Part shown: piece after piece, positions 55,201 to 62,484 of the stretch
How the letters are laid out: each line of letters opens with the position of its first letter
How positions within the stretch are numbered: the stretch's first letter is position 1
Assembly (NCBI GenBank): GCA_964560875.1
Contig: CAZLMW010000005.1
Span: 3,882 to 67,881 of the forward strand
Source of the DNA: an uncultured Enterobacteriaceae bacterium
GTDB lineage: Bacteria; Myxococcota_A; UBA9042
DNA length: 64,000 nt
Reading direction: 5' to 3'
Made by a program: the position numbers and the translations under genes
Notes under the pieces: generated by a model
The model's input: the letters and a program-made list of their open reading frames with translations, nothing else
Database searches by the model: none
Told to the model about the DNA's origin: nothing

Positions 55201-57639
55201 CGTCGCATCGCGGCCGACGGCACCGCGACAACCATCGCCGGTAGCGGCAAGGCGGGCTTTGGGGACGGCGCGGCAGCCATCGCTCAGCTGCGCAACCCAT
55301 CGGATGTCGAGATCGGCCCCGGTGGCGGGCTCTACTTCGCTGACCGCGGCAACCACCGCATCCGTGTCCTCGCGGCCGGCAAGGTCACCACGGTCGCGGG
55401 TTCAACGGCCGGATACGCCAACGGCAAGGCCGCCGCGGCGCGCTTCAACAACCCGTATGGCATCGCGGTGAGCAGCGGTGGCGTCGTCTACGTGGCCGAC
55501 TACAGCAACCACCGCGTGCGCCGCATCCTGCCCGACGGTTCTGTCAGCCTCGTGGCCGGTTCAGGCGCCGGTTACGTCAACGGCAAGGGCGCTGCCGCCC
55601 GATTGCACGGGCCGATCGATGTCGCGCTCGACCGCGCCGGCAACCTCTTCGTCGTGGAGCACACGGGACATCGCGTGCGGCGGATCACGCCCGATGGTGT
55701 CACCTCGCTCGTCGCAGGCTCCGTCAGCAACCAGGCCGGGTATGTGCACGGCAAGGGCGCAACTGCGCGTTTCCGCTACCCGTGGGGCATCGCCGTGGCA
55801 CCCAACGGTCGCATCTATGTCGCCGACGGACATAACCACCGCATTCGCGAGATCGTCGGTGACGTCGCCGGGCATTTCGCGGGCAGCGGCACGGCCGGGT
55901 TCGCCAACGGAACCGCCGGCAAAGCCGCGTTCTACTACCCGCGTGGAATCGGCGTCGGCGCCGACGGCGCGGTCTACATCGGGGACCAATACAACCACCG
56001 CATCCGCAAGATCGTGGATGCGCGGGCACCTTGCGCGATCGGGTCGGCCTGCTACGCGGCTGGTACGCCAGCGACCGGCAAACCATGCTCGGTTTGCGAC
56101 GCGGCGAAGAACGCCAAGGCTTGGACCACATTGGCCAACAGCGCGCCCTGCGAGGACGGCAACTACTGCACCGAAAAGGACGCGTGTGCATCCGGCTCCT
56201 GCGCCGGTAGCAAGGTGTCCTGTGACGACTCCGACAAGTGCACCACCGACTCGTGCAACGCCAAGTCCGGCGCCTGCGTGCACACCAAGATCGTGGGCTG
56301 CAACGGTTTCTGCACCGAGGACAAGCACTGCGACGACGGCAACCCGTGCACGCAGGGCGACCTCTGCATCAACAACACCTGCGGCAAGGGCACGCGGACG
56401 GTCTCCTCGACGTTGGCCGGCACCACGATCGGCTTCCAAGACGGCGACGCGAAGACGTCCAAGCTCAACAGGCCCTACGACGTCGCGGTCGACAGCAAGG
56501 GCGCGCTCTATGTCGCGGACTACAACAACAACCGCATCCGCAAGGTTGCCGGCGGCAAGGTGAGCACGCTCGCGGGCAGCGGCCAGGCCGGGCTCAAGAG
56601 CGGCAAGGGCACCGCTGCATGGTTCAACCGACCATCCGGTGTCACGACCGACGCAGCAGGCAACGTCTACGTCGCCGATCGCTACAGCTACACGATCCGC
56701 AAGGTCACCGCGGACGGCACCGTCTCGACCCTCGCTGGCAACGGTGCGGCCGGGGCGTCGAACGGCAAGGGCTCAGCAGCGCGCTTCAACCAGCCGATCG
56801 GCATCGCATCGACCGCTGGTGGCGTCCTGTATGTGGCCGACTACAACAACCAGCGCATCCGCCGAGTCACCGCCGATGGCACTGTGTCCACGCTCGCCGG
56901 TAGCTCGTACGGGTACGCCGACGGCAAGGGTTCGGCCGCCAAGTTCCGCTACCCGATCGGCATCGCCGTCGACCGGGCCGGCAACGCATTCGTCACCGAC
57001 TTCAACAACCACCGCATCCGCAAGGTCACCGCGGACGGAGTCGTCACCACAGTCGCGGGCTCGGGCAGCGCGGGCTTGCTCAACGGCGACGCCAAGACGG
57101 CCAAGTTCTACAACCCCTGGGGTATCGCCGTGGACGGCGCCGGTCGCGTCTACATCGGCTCGTACCGGTACCATCGCTTGCGCGTGCTCGACGCGGGCAC
57201 TGTCTACCAGGTCACCGGTTCATCGGCGGGCTACGTCGACGGCGCAGCGGGCCGCTTCTACCACCCGCTCGGTATCACGACCGACGTCTACGGCAACATC
57301 TTCGTCGCCGACTACTGGAACAACCGTATTCGCCAGGTGAGCCGCACGGCCAACGCTTGCTCCATCTCCGGAGCGTGCTGGACCGACGGCGTGCACAACC
57401 CGGGTTCAGCGTGCCAGGCCTGCGCCGGGAGCAAGAGCGCGAAAGGTTGGTCCGCCATCGCCGACGGGCAGTGGTGCGAAGACGGTGCAATGTGCACGGT
57501 CGGCGACGTCTGCAAGAGCGGCAAGTGCACCGGCGGCGCGAAGGACTGCGACGACAAGAACAAGTGCACGACCGACAGCTGCGACGCCACGACCGGAGCC
57601 TGCACGTACAAAGTCCCCGACCCGAAGTGCAAACCGTAG
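49282..57639 (+). CDS. Giant (2785 aa) lipoprotein: Thr/Asp-rich linker, about 24 alternating 25-aa cysteine-rich repeats, and four NHL-repeat beta-propellers separated by Cys-repeat spacers
   Basis: Lipobox LALTACG. Repeats CDDANPCTxDxCDxxxGC alternating with CxDxxxCTxxDxCKDGxCxPG. NHL blades YPLGVAVNSKGVVYVADASNHRIRRIAADGTVST... Confidence 0.85.
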   Translation: MTARFTPAAARRYPIACLCIASLALTACGSDEPVDGPLASTNVDSGPADTGQTDTGVQDSGTTDTGVNDTTPTDTGTTDTGVKDTNPNVDVQPVDTKPPVDAKPDTKPPTDAAPECTNATDCVPSTDPCKVAACTSGQCVLADGPDGKECTDDDACTGPDLCKTGVCLPGKATQCDDANACTLDNCDKNKGCSHTNVSLPCDDGSKCTLADQCKDGACLAGATAECDDANPCTDNTCEPAIGCVTTATTKPCDDANACTLGDKCSAKVCLPGTVTNCNDDNPCTTDACDSKTGCTQAFNKVPCSDNDACTIKDACKDGSCKPGTKLDCDDSNPCTADACDAQSGCTTKPNTATCDDNNLCTEDDSCKGGKCLPGKSKSCSDGNPCTTDSCDPATGCAFKLNSGQCDDGNACTDFDICKSGKCRGVAKDTKTDCNDANPCTTDACDPGSAQVKGKGCVHTNNTAKCDDGNACSAGDACKDGKCAAGKNVCACTEDKHCAPSNPKNPCLGTLFCDKSAAPFKCKLNPASVVKCSGAGDTLCAKNQCDPKDLKCKVTPIAEGQSCNADNSVCTVGDACKNGKCAPGKALACNDANPCTNDACDPKAGCVNTANSAPCNADGNPCTVGDVCVAKACTAGKKKDCDDGDKCSDDSCDKKSGKCVNDKIAGCGGHCQEDKHCDDGTTCTTESCAKAKGAAWGKCAYKNQPGKCTDFNACTAADHCVAGKCVGTAKSCSDGNPCTNDGCDPTSGCTFPHNTAPCDDFDKCTQGDQCKAGKCAAGTPKKCDDADKCTKNACNPADGACSFKGIAGCGGYCDTAADCDDKNPCTTAQCNKGKCVSSVKAGGCEDGNKCTLSDKCSAGKCVSGSKKSCDDKNACTTDSCDTKTGQCANKPLKAGDSCNDNNKCSTKDVCKLVSGKLQCGGTTKNCDDGNKCTDDACDAKTGNCQPKVNTLPCEDGNKCTAGDRCKDGKCVTGAKVYVDTFAGSGPIHGNKGGFVDGPGNKAKFSYPLGVAVNSKGVVYVADASNHRIRRIAADGTVSTAAGSGKAGLLDAKGTAAWFNAPYGVAIGPGDEVFVADQANYSIRKIATDGTVSTVAGSGQGGHVNGDAAKARFNRPFGVAVSKAGTIFVADTYNHRIRRIAFGQVTTLAGSGGAGFTNGTPTKARFYYPIGVAIDAGGNVLVADQSNHRIRRVDAKGNVTTFAGTGGYGSLNGSATKATFRNPWGIAVDNAGVVWIGDRYSHRIRRIAGGVVTTFAASGAAGFVDGAANTARLYYPSGVAVDAGGTLYIADQYTHRVRRVRDSTAPCLIGGSCYANGAANPANGCERCVAKTSSTKWTAGGDGNACSDGDVCTAADKCSGGSCKGSAKVCNDSDKCTLDSCDKSTGQCVFAPINKCGGNCKGASDCADNNPCTIDKCTNGKCANSNADGLVCNDGNSCTLGDACKGGKCQPGASNSVSTHAGSGVAALTDGKGIKASFNYPRGVDVGVKGELWVAEGHSHRIRKVAADGTVTTVAGSGVAGFADGKLAGAMFQWPHDVSFAKAGVIHVADGSNHRIRTVDTAKGVVTTLAGIGAGFTDGPAAKARFNNPYSLATAPNGTVFVADYSNHRIRAISPAGGVSTLAGGAKGFVNGTGSKARFNGPIGIALDQQGRVVVSDYSNHSIRRVTMQGVVTTIGGTGVAGYRDGSAGVSRFRYPWGITTDSAGRVFVADRHNHRIRAIHPNGTVTRIAGTTAGFLDGDGLTKARLHYPMGLAADANGTLWVGDYSTRRIRKVVPSANACSIGGACYANGIGSPTNGCQACAGQTNSKAWTARADGAVCSDGDVCSGKDACASGKCASKKTNCDDGNKCTKDFCDHLGVCRNEPIVGCDGFCYQHADCDDKNVCTDDVCNANKCANPTNVKPCEDGVSCTLGDTCSGGKCKPGTAVWTSTIAGNGKAGFKDGKVTDAQFYYPLGIAVDSGKGHVYVADNSNHRLRRIAADGTATTIAGSGKAGFGDGAAAIAQLRNPSDVEIGPGGGLYFADRGNHRIRVLAAGKVTTVAGSTAGYANGKAAAARFNNPYGIAVSSGGVVYVADYSNHRVRRILPDGSVSLVAGSGAGYVNGKGAAARLHGPIDVALDRAGNLFVVEHTGHRVRRITPDGVTSLVAGSVSNQAGYVHGKGATARFRYPWGIAVAPNGRIYVADGHNHRIREIVGDVAGHFAGSGTAGFANGTAGKAAFYYPRGIGVGADGAVYIGDQYNHRIRKIVDARAPCAIGSACYAAGTPATGKPCSVCDAAKNAKAWTTLANSAPCEDGNYCTEKDACASGSCAGSKVSCDDSDKCTTDSCNAKSGACVHTKIVGCNGFCTEDKHCDDGNPCTQGDLCINNTCGKGTRTVSSTLAGTTIGFQDGDAKTSKLNRPYDVAVDSKGALYVADYNNNRIRKVAGGKVSTLAGSGQAGLKSGKGTAAWFNRPSGVTTDAAGNVYVADRYSYTIRKVTADGTVSTLAGNGAAGASNGKGSAARFNQPIGIASTAGGVLYVADYNNQRIRRVTADGTVSTLAGSSYGYADGKGSAAKFRYPIGIAVDRAGNAFVTDFNNHRIRKVTADGVVTTVAGSGSAGLLNGDAKTAKFYNPWGIAVDGAGRVYIGSYRYHRLRVLDAGTVYQVTGSSAGYVDGAAGRFYHPLGITTDVYGNIFVADYWNNRIRQVSRTANACSISGACWTDGVHNPGSACQACAGSKSAKGWSAIADGQWCEDGAMCTVGDVCKSGKCTGGAKDCDDKNKCTTDSCDATTGACTYKVPDPKCKP

Positions 57640-57664
57640 CCCGTCTTTCTGAACCAGGCTTGTT

Positions 57665-58171
57665 GTGACCGACCATCTGCTCATGTTTGCGGCGGCCGGC
57701 GTGATCCCCGTCGTGTTCCTCGTCGCGTGGCTGTTCACGGCCGGTGGCGCGCGGGCGTCGAAGTCCGGCAAGTCGGCGGCGGAGGAGCGCGCCTTCCTCT
57801 GGCACGAAAACCGGATCGCGTTCCTGGTCGTGCTCGCCCTCGGCGTCGCCACGCATCTGTATCTCGGCCACACCAGCGCGCTCTGGTCCGCGATCGAAGG
57901 CAAGGTAGTGACGTCCGAAGAACGCACCACCCGCCGCGGCGCCGCAACGACCTGGGTCACCGTGCTGACCGAAGATGGCGTGCGCGAGCTGTCGAGCGAA
58001 GGCCTGTCAGCCTCGGATTGCCGGTCGGGCTATCCGTTCAAGAAGGACGCGTGGTCGTACGAGTTCACGTGCGGCTCGACCGTGGTCGCACCGACATTTC
58101 AGTTCGCGTTGTTCACGGTGCCGCTGTTTGCCTGCGTCGTGCTGTGGCGCCTCGGCCGTCAGACGGTTTGA
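57665..58171 (+). CDS. Small integral membrane protein, hypothetical
   Basis: Three hydrophobic helices. 26 nt downstream of the giant gene. Confidence 0.5.
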   Translation: MTDHLLMFAAAGVIPVVFLVAWLFTAGGARASKSGKSAAEERAFLWHENRIAFLVVLALGVATHLYLGHTSALWSAIEGKVVTSEERTTRRGAATTWVTVLTEDGVRELSSEGLSASDCRSGYPFKKDAWSYEFTCGSTVVAPTFQFALFTVPLFACVVLWRLGRQTV

Positions 58172-58182
58172 TGACAAGACCG
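58158..58182 (+). repeat. Y-module intergenic repeat, copy C
   Basis: TTTGATGACAAGACCGGGCTAAG matches 39074-39095 in 21 of 22 positions. Overlaps the stop of the 57665-58171 gene. Confidence 0.45.
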
Positions 58183-58252
58183 GGCTAAGCACAATGCCGG
58201 TCATTTTCAATATGTTCCATCCTAACTGGACGATCGGCATTGGGGCTAAACA

Positions 58253-59281
58253 TCATCCGTCCGTCTTGCGGCGGACCCCCGACGGTCGCCTCGACGTGCC
58301 CGAATGCCTGCGAATCGGTTCGGAAGGCCGTCGAATGGGCGCGGATGGCCGACGAATCGGGGCTGATTGCCGTCGCACGGGTTCGGACGCCCTCTCGCCC
58401 GTTCGGAGACCCGGCCGGCCCACGGGGGTTCGGTTCGCCTTGAGCTGGGCACCGACAAAGCGCGCGATCACGTCCACGGCAACGCGGTGTCCGCGGGTCG
58501 ACAGCGAGGTGAACGTCGGCCCCGACGTGTGGTTGATTGCGGCGTCCAGCGTCGCGTTGTGAATGTGCAGGACATCGGCGACCGTGCCGCGTTGGCGGGC
58601 GAGTCCATCGATGAAACGCTGCAGTGTTCGCACGGCCTCGCGCCGGTCGGGCGCGCTGCCATCGAGCGCCGGAGCGAGCAGCTTCTTGTAGATCTCGACC
58701 AGCTCCGCATGCCGTTCGGGTGACCGATCGGAAAGCAGCTTCCTGCCGCATCCGTCAAACGTGGCCGAGACCATCTGGTAGCAAGCCTCGACCGCGTGAT
58801 CGGCGCGGCTGGAAACGTCTCGGGCCCGGGCCCGGTAGATGGACGCAAGCGACGCATCGACGGCGCGGTTGATCAGGTAGCGATCGATGCCACGCTTGGA
58901 CACGACCTCGTCCGCGCCGCCTTTTCGGCAGGCCGTCGCCAGGTTCTCATCGACCTCTTCGGTGACCACGATGACAGGCACATTGCGGTGCTGCTGCGTG
59001 AGCTTCACGAGCGCTTCGAACCCGGGCAAGTCGCTCAGCAGCAGATCCATGATGACGAGGTCGATACGGTCTTCGGCCAGCATCTGCATCGCGTCTTCGT
59101 GGGTCGTGGCATGGCGCACCTGGAAGCGTCCCGTCCCGCGGCCCAGCATTCGCTCGATCATCCGGCGGTCGGCGTCCGCGCTGTCGAGCAACAGGACGAC
59201 GGGTTCGACATAAGATGAAGACGTGGTCGATTGACGGCGCATCGGGACCTCGGGGGCTGCAGCTGCATCCACTGTATCCAT
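58253..59281 (-). CDS. Response regulator (CheY-like receiver) with an uncharacterised C-terminal domain ending in a PIRRPSA-type repeat
   Basis: Receiver domain VVLLLDSADAD...DLVIMDLLLSDLPG...VIVVT. Start at 59281 or 59242. 21-bp x3 tandem repeat near the 3' end. Confidence 0.7.
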   Translation of the reverse strand: MDTVDAAAAPEVPMRRQSTTSSSYVEPVVLLLDSADADRRMIERMLGRGTGRFQVRHATTHEDAMQMLAEDRIDLVIMDLLLSDLPGFEALVKLTQQHRNVPVIVVTEEVDENLATACRKGGADEVVSKRGIDRYLINRAVDASLASIYRARARDVSSRADHAVEACYQMVSATFDGCGRKLLSDRSPERHAELVEIYKKLLAPALDGSAPDRREAVRTLQRFIDGLARQRGTVADVLHIHNATLDAAINHTSGPTFTSLSTRGHRVAVDVIARFVGAQLKANRTPVGRPGLRTGERASEPVRRQSAPIRRPSAPIRRPSEPIRRHSGTSRRPSGVRRKTDG

Positions 59282-59559
59282 GTTGGAACATGTGGCCAAC
59301 CACAATGGCGGCCCCAGAGCCGCCGCTGTTCCCACGGCCCGGCACAATGGTCCGCGACGCTTTGTCGAAGTGAAAGGTCCCGGCGACCAGCTACAGCCCA
59401 ATCAGAAGCGCTGGCTGCAGGCGCTCGAGGAGGTTGGCGTTGACGCGAGCGTAGTCGATGTCCGGTGGGCGGCCGGCAGCCCATGAGCCGCGAAGAGAGC
59501 CAAGCCTCGTTCACCCCTCGATATTCGGCCTGCTGGACCGAATGTGGCAAGCTGCCGCC

Positions 59560-61947
59560 ATGAAGAACCGCACCATTGTTGGCCTTGCCGCCGCCGCACT
59601 TTCTCTCACCCTCGCCGCACCCGCCGCGGCCGCTGTTCCAGCCACGGTCGCCATGCACGGAACGCTGCATTCGGCCGGTGGTGGACCGGTCGCCGACGGC
59701 ATCTACGGCGTCACCATCGCGCTCTATGCCGGCGAAAACGATAAGGTGGCGGCGTGGAGCAACCTCGTGCTGGTCAAGGTCACTCACGGCCACTTCGCGC
59801 ACCCGCTGGGCAGCAAGAAGGCGCTCGATGCCAAGCTGCTCGGGACGTTCGGTTGGCTCGGCGTGACCGTCGGCCAGGACCCGGAGTTGCCGCGTGTTCG
59901 CCTTCACAGCGCGCTCTTCGCCCGCCACGCCGCGGTCGCCAACGCCGTCGCATGTTCGGGCTGCATCACCGCCACGCACCTCGCCAAGGGCCTGTTGAGC
60001 ACCGGAGTCCCCGACGGGTCGATCACCGCCAAGAAGGTCACGTTCGCCTGGGCCGCCGCAGACAAGGCCGGTGGCAAGGCCCTCGCAGCCAAGATCGCCG
60101 ACAGTGCCAAGAACGCCGACAGTGCCAAGAACGCCGACAATGCCAAGAACGCCGACAATGCCAAGAACGCCGACAATGCCAAGAACGCCGACAGTGCCAA
60201 GAACGCGGCGTCTGCCCTCGTTGCGACCACCGCCAAGCTCGCCAGCGACCTCAAGTGCACCGGCTGTGTCGGCGTGTCTGAGCTCGCCTTCGATGGCGAC
60301 ATCGATCTCGGCAAGAACCGGCTCAAAGCGGCCAAAGTGAGCGCGACCGAGGTCGTCGGAAGCACCGTAACGGCGGGCTCTTTTGTAGGCGACGGCTCCA
60401 AGCTGACCGGAATCGCGCTGCCCAAGGGGTCATGCGCCGCTGGCGAGGCGGTTGTCGGGGTCAGCACGAACGGCAAGCTGCTTTGCAAGAAGGTCGCCTC
60501 TGCCACGCCCGGCGGCTCGCTCGAGAAGGTCAGCGGCGGTCTGCTCACGACAGGGTTTTCGCAGGTTGTCGCCAACAACAAGGCGATCCCGATCCCGGAC
60601 AACAACCCCGGCGGCGCCTACAGCGATGTCGTCGTGCCGGACCTCGGCATCGTCAAGAACCTGACCGTCGCCATCGACGTGACCAACTCGGCGTTTTCGG
60701 GGCTCACCGTGACCCTGATCGCCCCCGACAAGAGCAAGTACGTGCTGTTCTCCAAGAACGGCGCGGTCATCACCAACCTCAAGGCGACCTATCCCGCGCC
60801 GAACAAGCCGGTCAGCGGCGACCTCAACGCGTGGATCGGCAAGAACGCCAAGGGCACATGGCGGCTGCACGTCGTCGATATGTCGTTCAAGGACAACGGC
60901 AAGGACGGCAACATCGTCTCGTTTTCGATGCACATCGCGTTCCAGGCAACCGGCAAGGTCGGCACCACCGGCGTCTTCATGCTGCACAAGTCCGCGACCC
61001 CACCAGCGGCCTGCTCGCTCGCGTCCGAGGGCGGCATCTACTACGACCCCAAGCTCAAGCGCCTGCGCTTCTGTGACGGCAACGCGTGGCAATCGGTCGC
61101 GGGGAGCTGCGGCAACGGCACCAAGGAGCCGGGCGAGATGTGCGACGACGGCAACAACACCAACGGCGACGGATGCACGTCTGTCTGCACGACGATCTGC
61201 GGCGACGGCAAAGTCGGCGGGGCCGAACAATGCGACGACGGCAACAAGGTCGACAACGACGGCTGCAGCAACACCTGCAAGGGCGCACTCGGCCAATCGC
61301 AGAGCTCGGCCGCGAAGAGCTGCAAATACATCAAGCAGCTATCGCCCAACGTCAAGAGCGGCCTGTTCTGGCTCAAGGTCTCGGGCCTCGGCACGTTCCA
61401 GGCCTACTGCGATATGTCGACGGCCGGCGGTGGCTGGGTCCTGACGCACGTCGTCCGCACCTACAGCAGCAACGTCTCGTGGTGGTTCACGCGCACCGGT
61501 GACGGCACAGGTGGCGTGACGAACCTGCCCAAAGCGGTCAAGCAACCGAGCAGCTACCACACCGGTCCGACCCTGAAGACGCGCGCCAGCCTGTGGACTG
61601 GCCTCGGCGGTACGGAGTATCGGGGCACGCGCTACAGCACCGGCGGGTCCCTGCTGATGGACGTGACCAAGAACGACATCAAGTCCTGCCAGGTCGGCCT
61701 GTTCTGCTACGCGGCAGGATGCGGCGGCAGCCCGTGCTTCAGTCAGAAGCGGTCGGGCAGCGTGACCGTGATCGGGGGAACGCTGTACGGCAAGGGCACG
61801 CAGCCCTACTACGACGTCGGCAGCTACAAGTGCAATTGCTCCGAGGCGCTGCAGGTCGGCGGGTCGGGCGCCGGACAGAGCAACGGACACGGCCTCGCAG
61901 GCGACTGGGACACCGGCAACGGCTACACGGCCTTCTGGGTCCGCTAG
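59560..61947 (+). CDS. Secreted protein with a P-domain, Myxococcus cysteine-rich repeats and a C-terminal fibrinogen-related domain (paralog of 9522-11699)
   Basis: Signal peptide. (AKNAD)x7 repeat. P-domain GTWRLHVVDMSFKDNGKDGNIVSFSMHI. CGNGTKEPGEMCDDGNNTNGDGC, CGDGKVGGAEQCDDGNKVDNDGC. FReD SGLFWLKV..YCDMSTAGGGWVL. Confidence 0.75.
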   Translation: MKNRTIVGLAAAALSLTLAAPAAAAVPATVAMHGTLHSAGGGPVADGIYGVTIALYAGENDKVAAWSNLVLVKVTHGHFAHPLGSKKALDAKLLGTFGWLGVTVGQDPELPRVRLHSALFARHAAVANAVACSGCITATHLAKGLLSTGVPDGSITAKKVTFAWAAADKAGGKALAAKIADSAKNADSAKNADNAKNADNAKNADNAKNADSAKNAASALVATTAKLASDLKCTGCVGVSELAFDGDIDLGKNRLKAAKVSATEVVGSTVTAGSFVGDGSKLTGIALPKGSCAAGEAVVGVSTNGKLLCKKVASATPGGSLEKVSGGLLTTGFSQVVANNKAIPIPDNNPGGAYSDVVVPDLGIVKNLTVAIDVTNSAFSGLTVTLIAPDKSKYVLFSKNGAVITNLKATYPAPNKPVSGDLNAWIGKNAKGTWRLHVVDMSFKDNGKDGNIVSFSMHIAFQATGKVGTTGVFMLHKSATPPAACSLASEGGIYYDPKLKRLRFCDGNAWQSVAGSCGNGTKEPGEMCDDGNNTNGDGCTSVCTTICGDGKVGGAEQCDDGNKVDNDGCSNTCKGALGQSQSSAAKSCKYIKQLSPNVKSGLFWLKVSGLGTFQAYCDMSTAGGGWVLTHVVRTYSSNVSWWFTRTGDGTGGVTNLPKAVKQPSSYHTGPTLKTRASLWTGLGGTEYRGTRYSTGGSLLMDVTKNDIKSCQVGLFCYAAGCGGSPCFSQKRSGSVTVIGGTLYGKGTQPYYDVGSYKCNCSEALQVGGSGAGQSNGHGLAGDWDTGNGYTAFWVR

Positions 61948-61953
61948 CGCATT

Positions 61954-62484
61954 CTACTTCAGTATCTTCGCGAGGATGCAGGCGGAGAGCTGGATGGGTT
62001 CGGCCTCGGGGTCGTCCGCAGCGGCTTGGCGACACGCGCGTTGACCGACGTCGGTCGCTGACATGCCGTCTTTGCCCTTGATGCTGGGATCGCCGCCCGC
62101 CGTGAGCAGCACGCGCACGATCGCCAATTGGCCGTCATGGGCAGCGCGATGCAGCGCCGTCCAACCATCCGCACTATCCGATTCGGTGGCGTCGAACGGC
62201 GCGTTGACGTTGGCACCGGCGGCGAGGAGCGCCTTCACCCCCGCTTTGTGTCGTTTGACCGTCGCATAGTAGATGGCGGGCATCCCGTCGGGCCGCCGCG
62301 AGTTGGCTTGTTTGGGGTCGGCGGTCACGACGGCGCGGACTCCAGCGGTGTCTTTGCTGGTGAGCGCTTTGTGCAATTGCGGCGACATGTCCGGCGCGTT
62401 GCAGCCTCCAAGAAGACCGCCAAGAAGCAGAAGGCCGCCCGCGACGGTGACCCGGATGAGCCTGGGCGTGGTGGTGGCGCTCAT
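61954..62484 (-). CDS. Ankyrin-repeat lipoprotein
   Basis: Lipobox LLGGC. Two to three ANK repeats (GWTALHRAAHDGQLAIVRVLLTAGGDP). Confidence 0.7.
   Translation of the reverse strand: MSATTTPRLIRVTVAGGLLLLGGLLGGCNAPDMSPQLHKALTSKDTAGVRAVVTADPKQANSRRPDGMPAIYYATVKRHKAGVKALLAAGANVNAPFDATESDSADGWTALHRAAHDGQLAIVRVLLTAGGDPSIKGKDGMSATDVGQRACRQAAADDPEAEPIQLSACILAKILK

Noticed and set aside
49317-57174. Numerous minus-strand ORFs (49317-51266, 50860-51765, 54382-55356, etc.) inside the giant gene
   Set aside because: All are antisense to a 2785-aa frame with regular, recognisable Cys-repeat and NHL periodicity.
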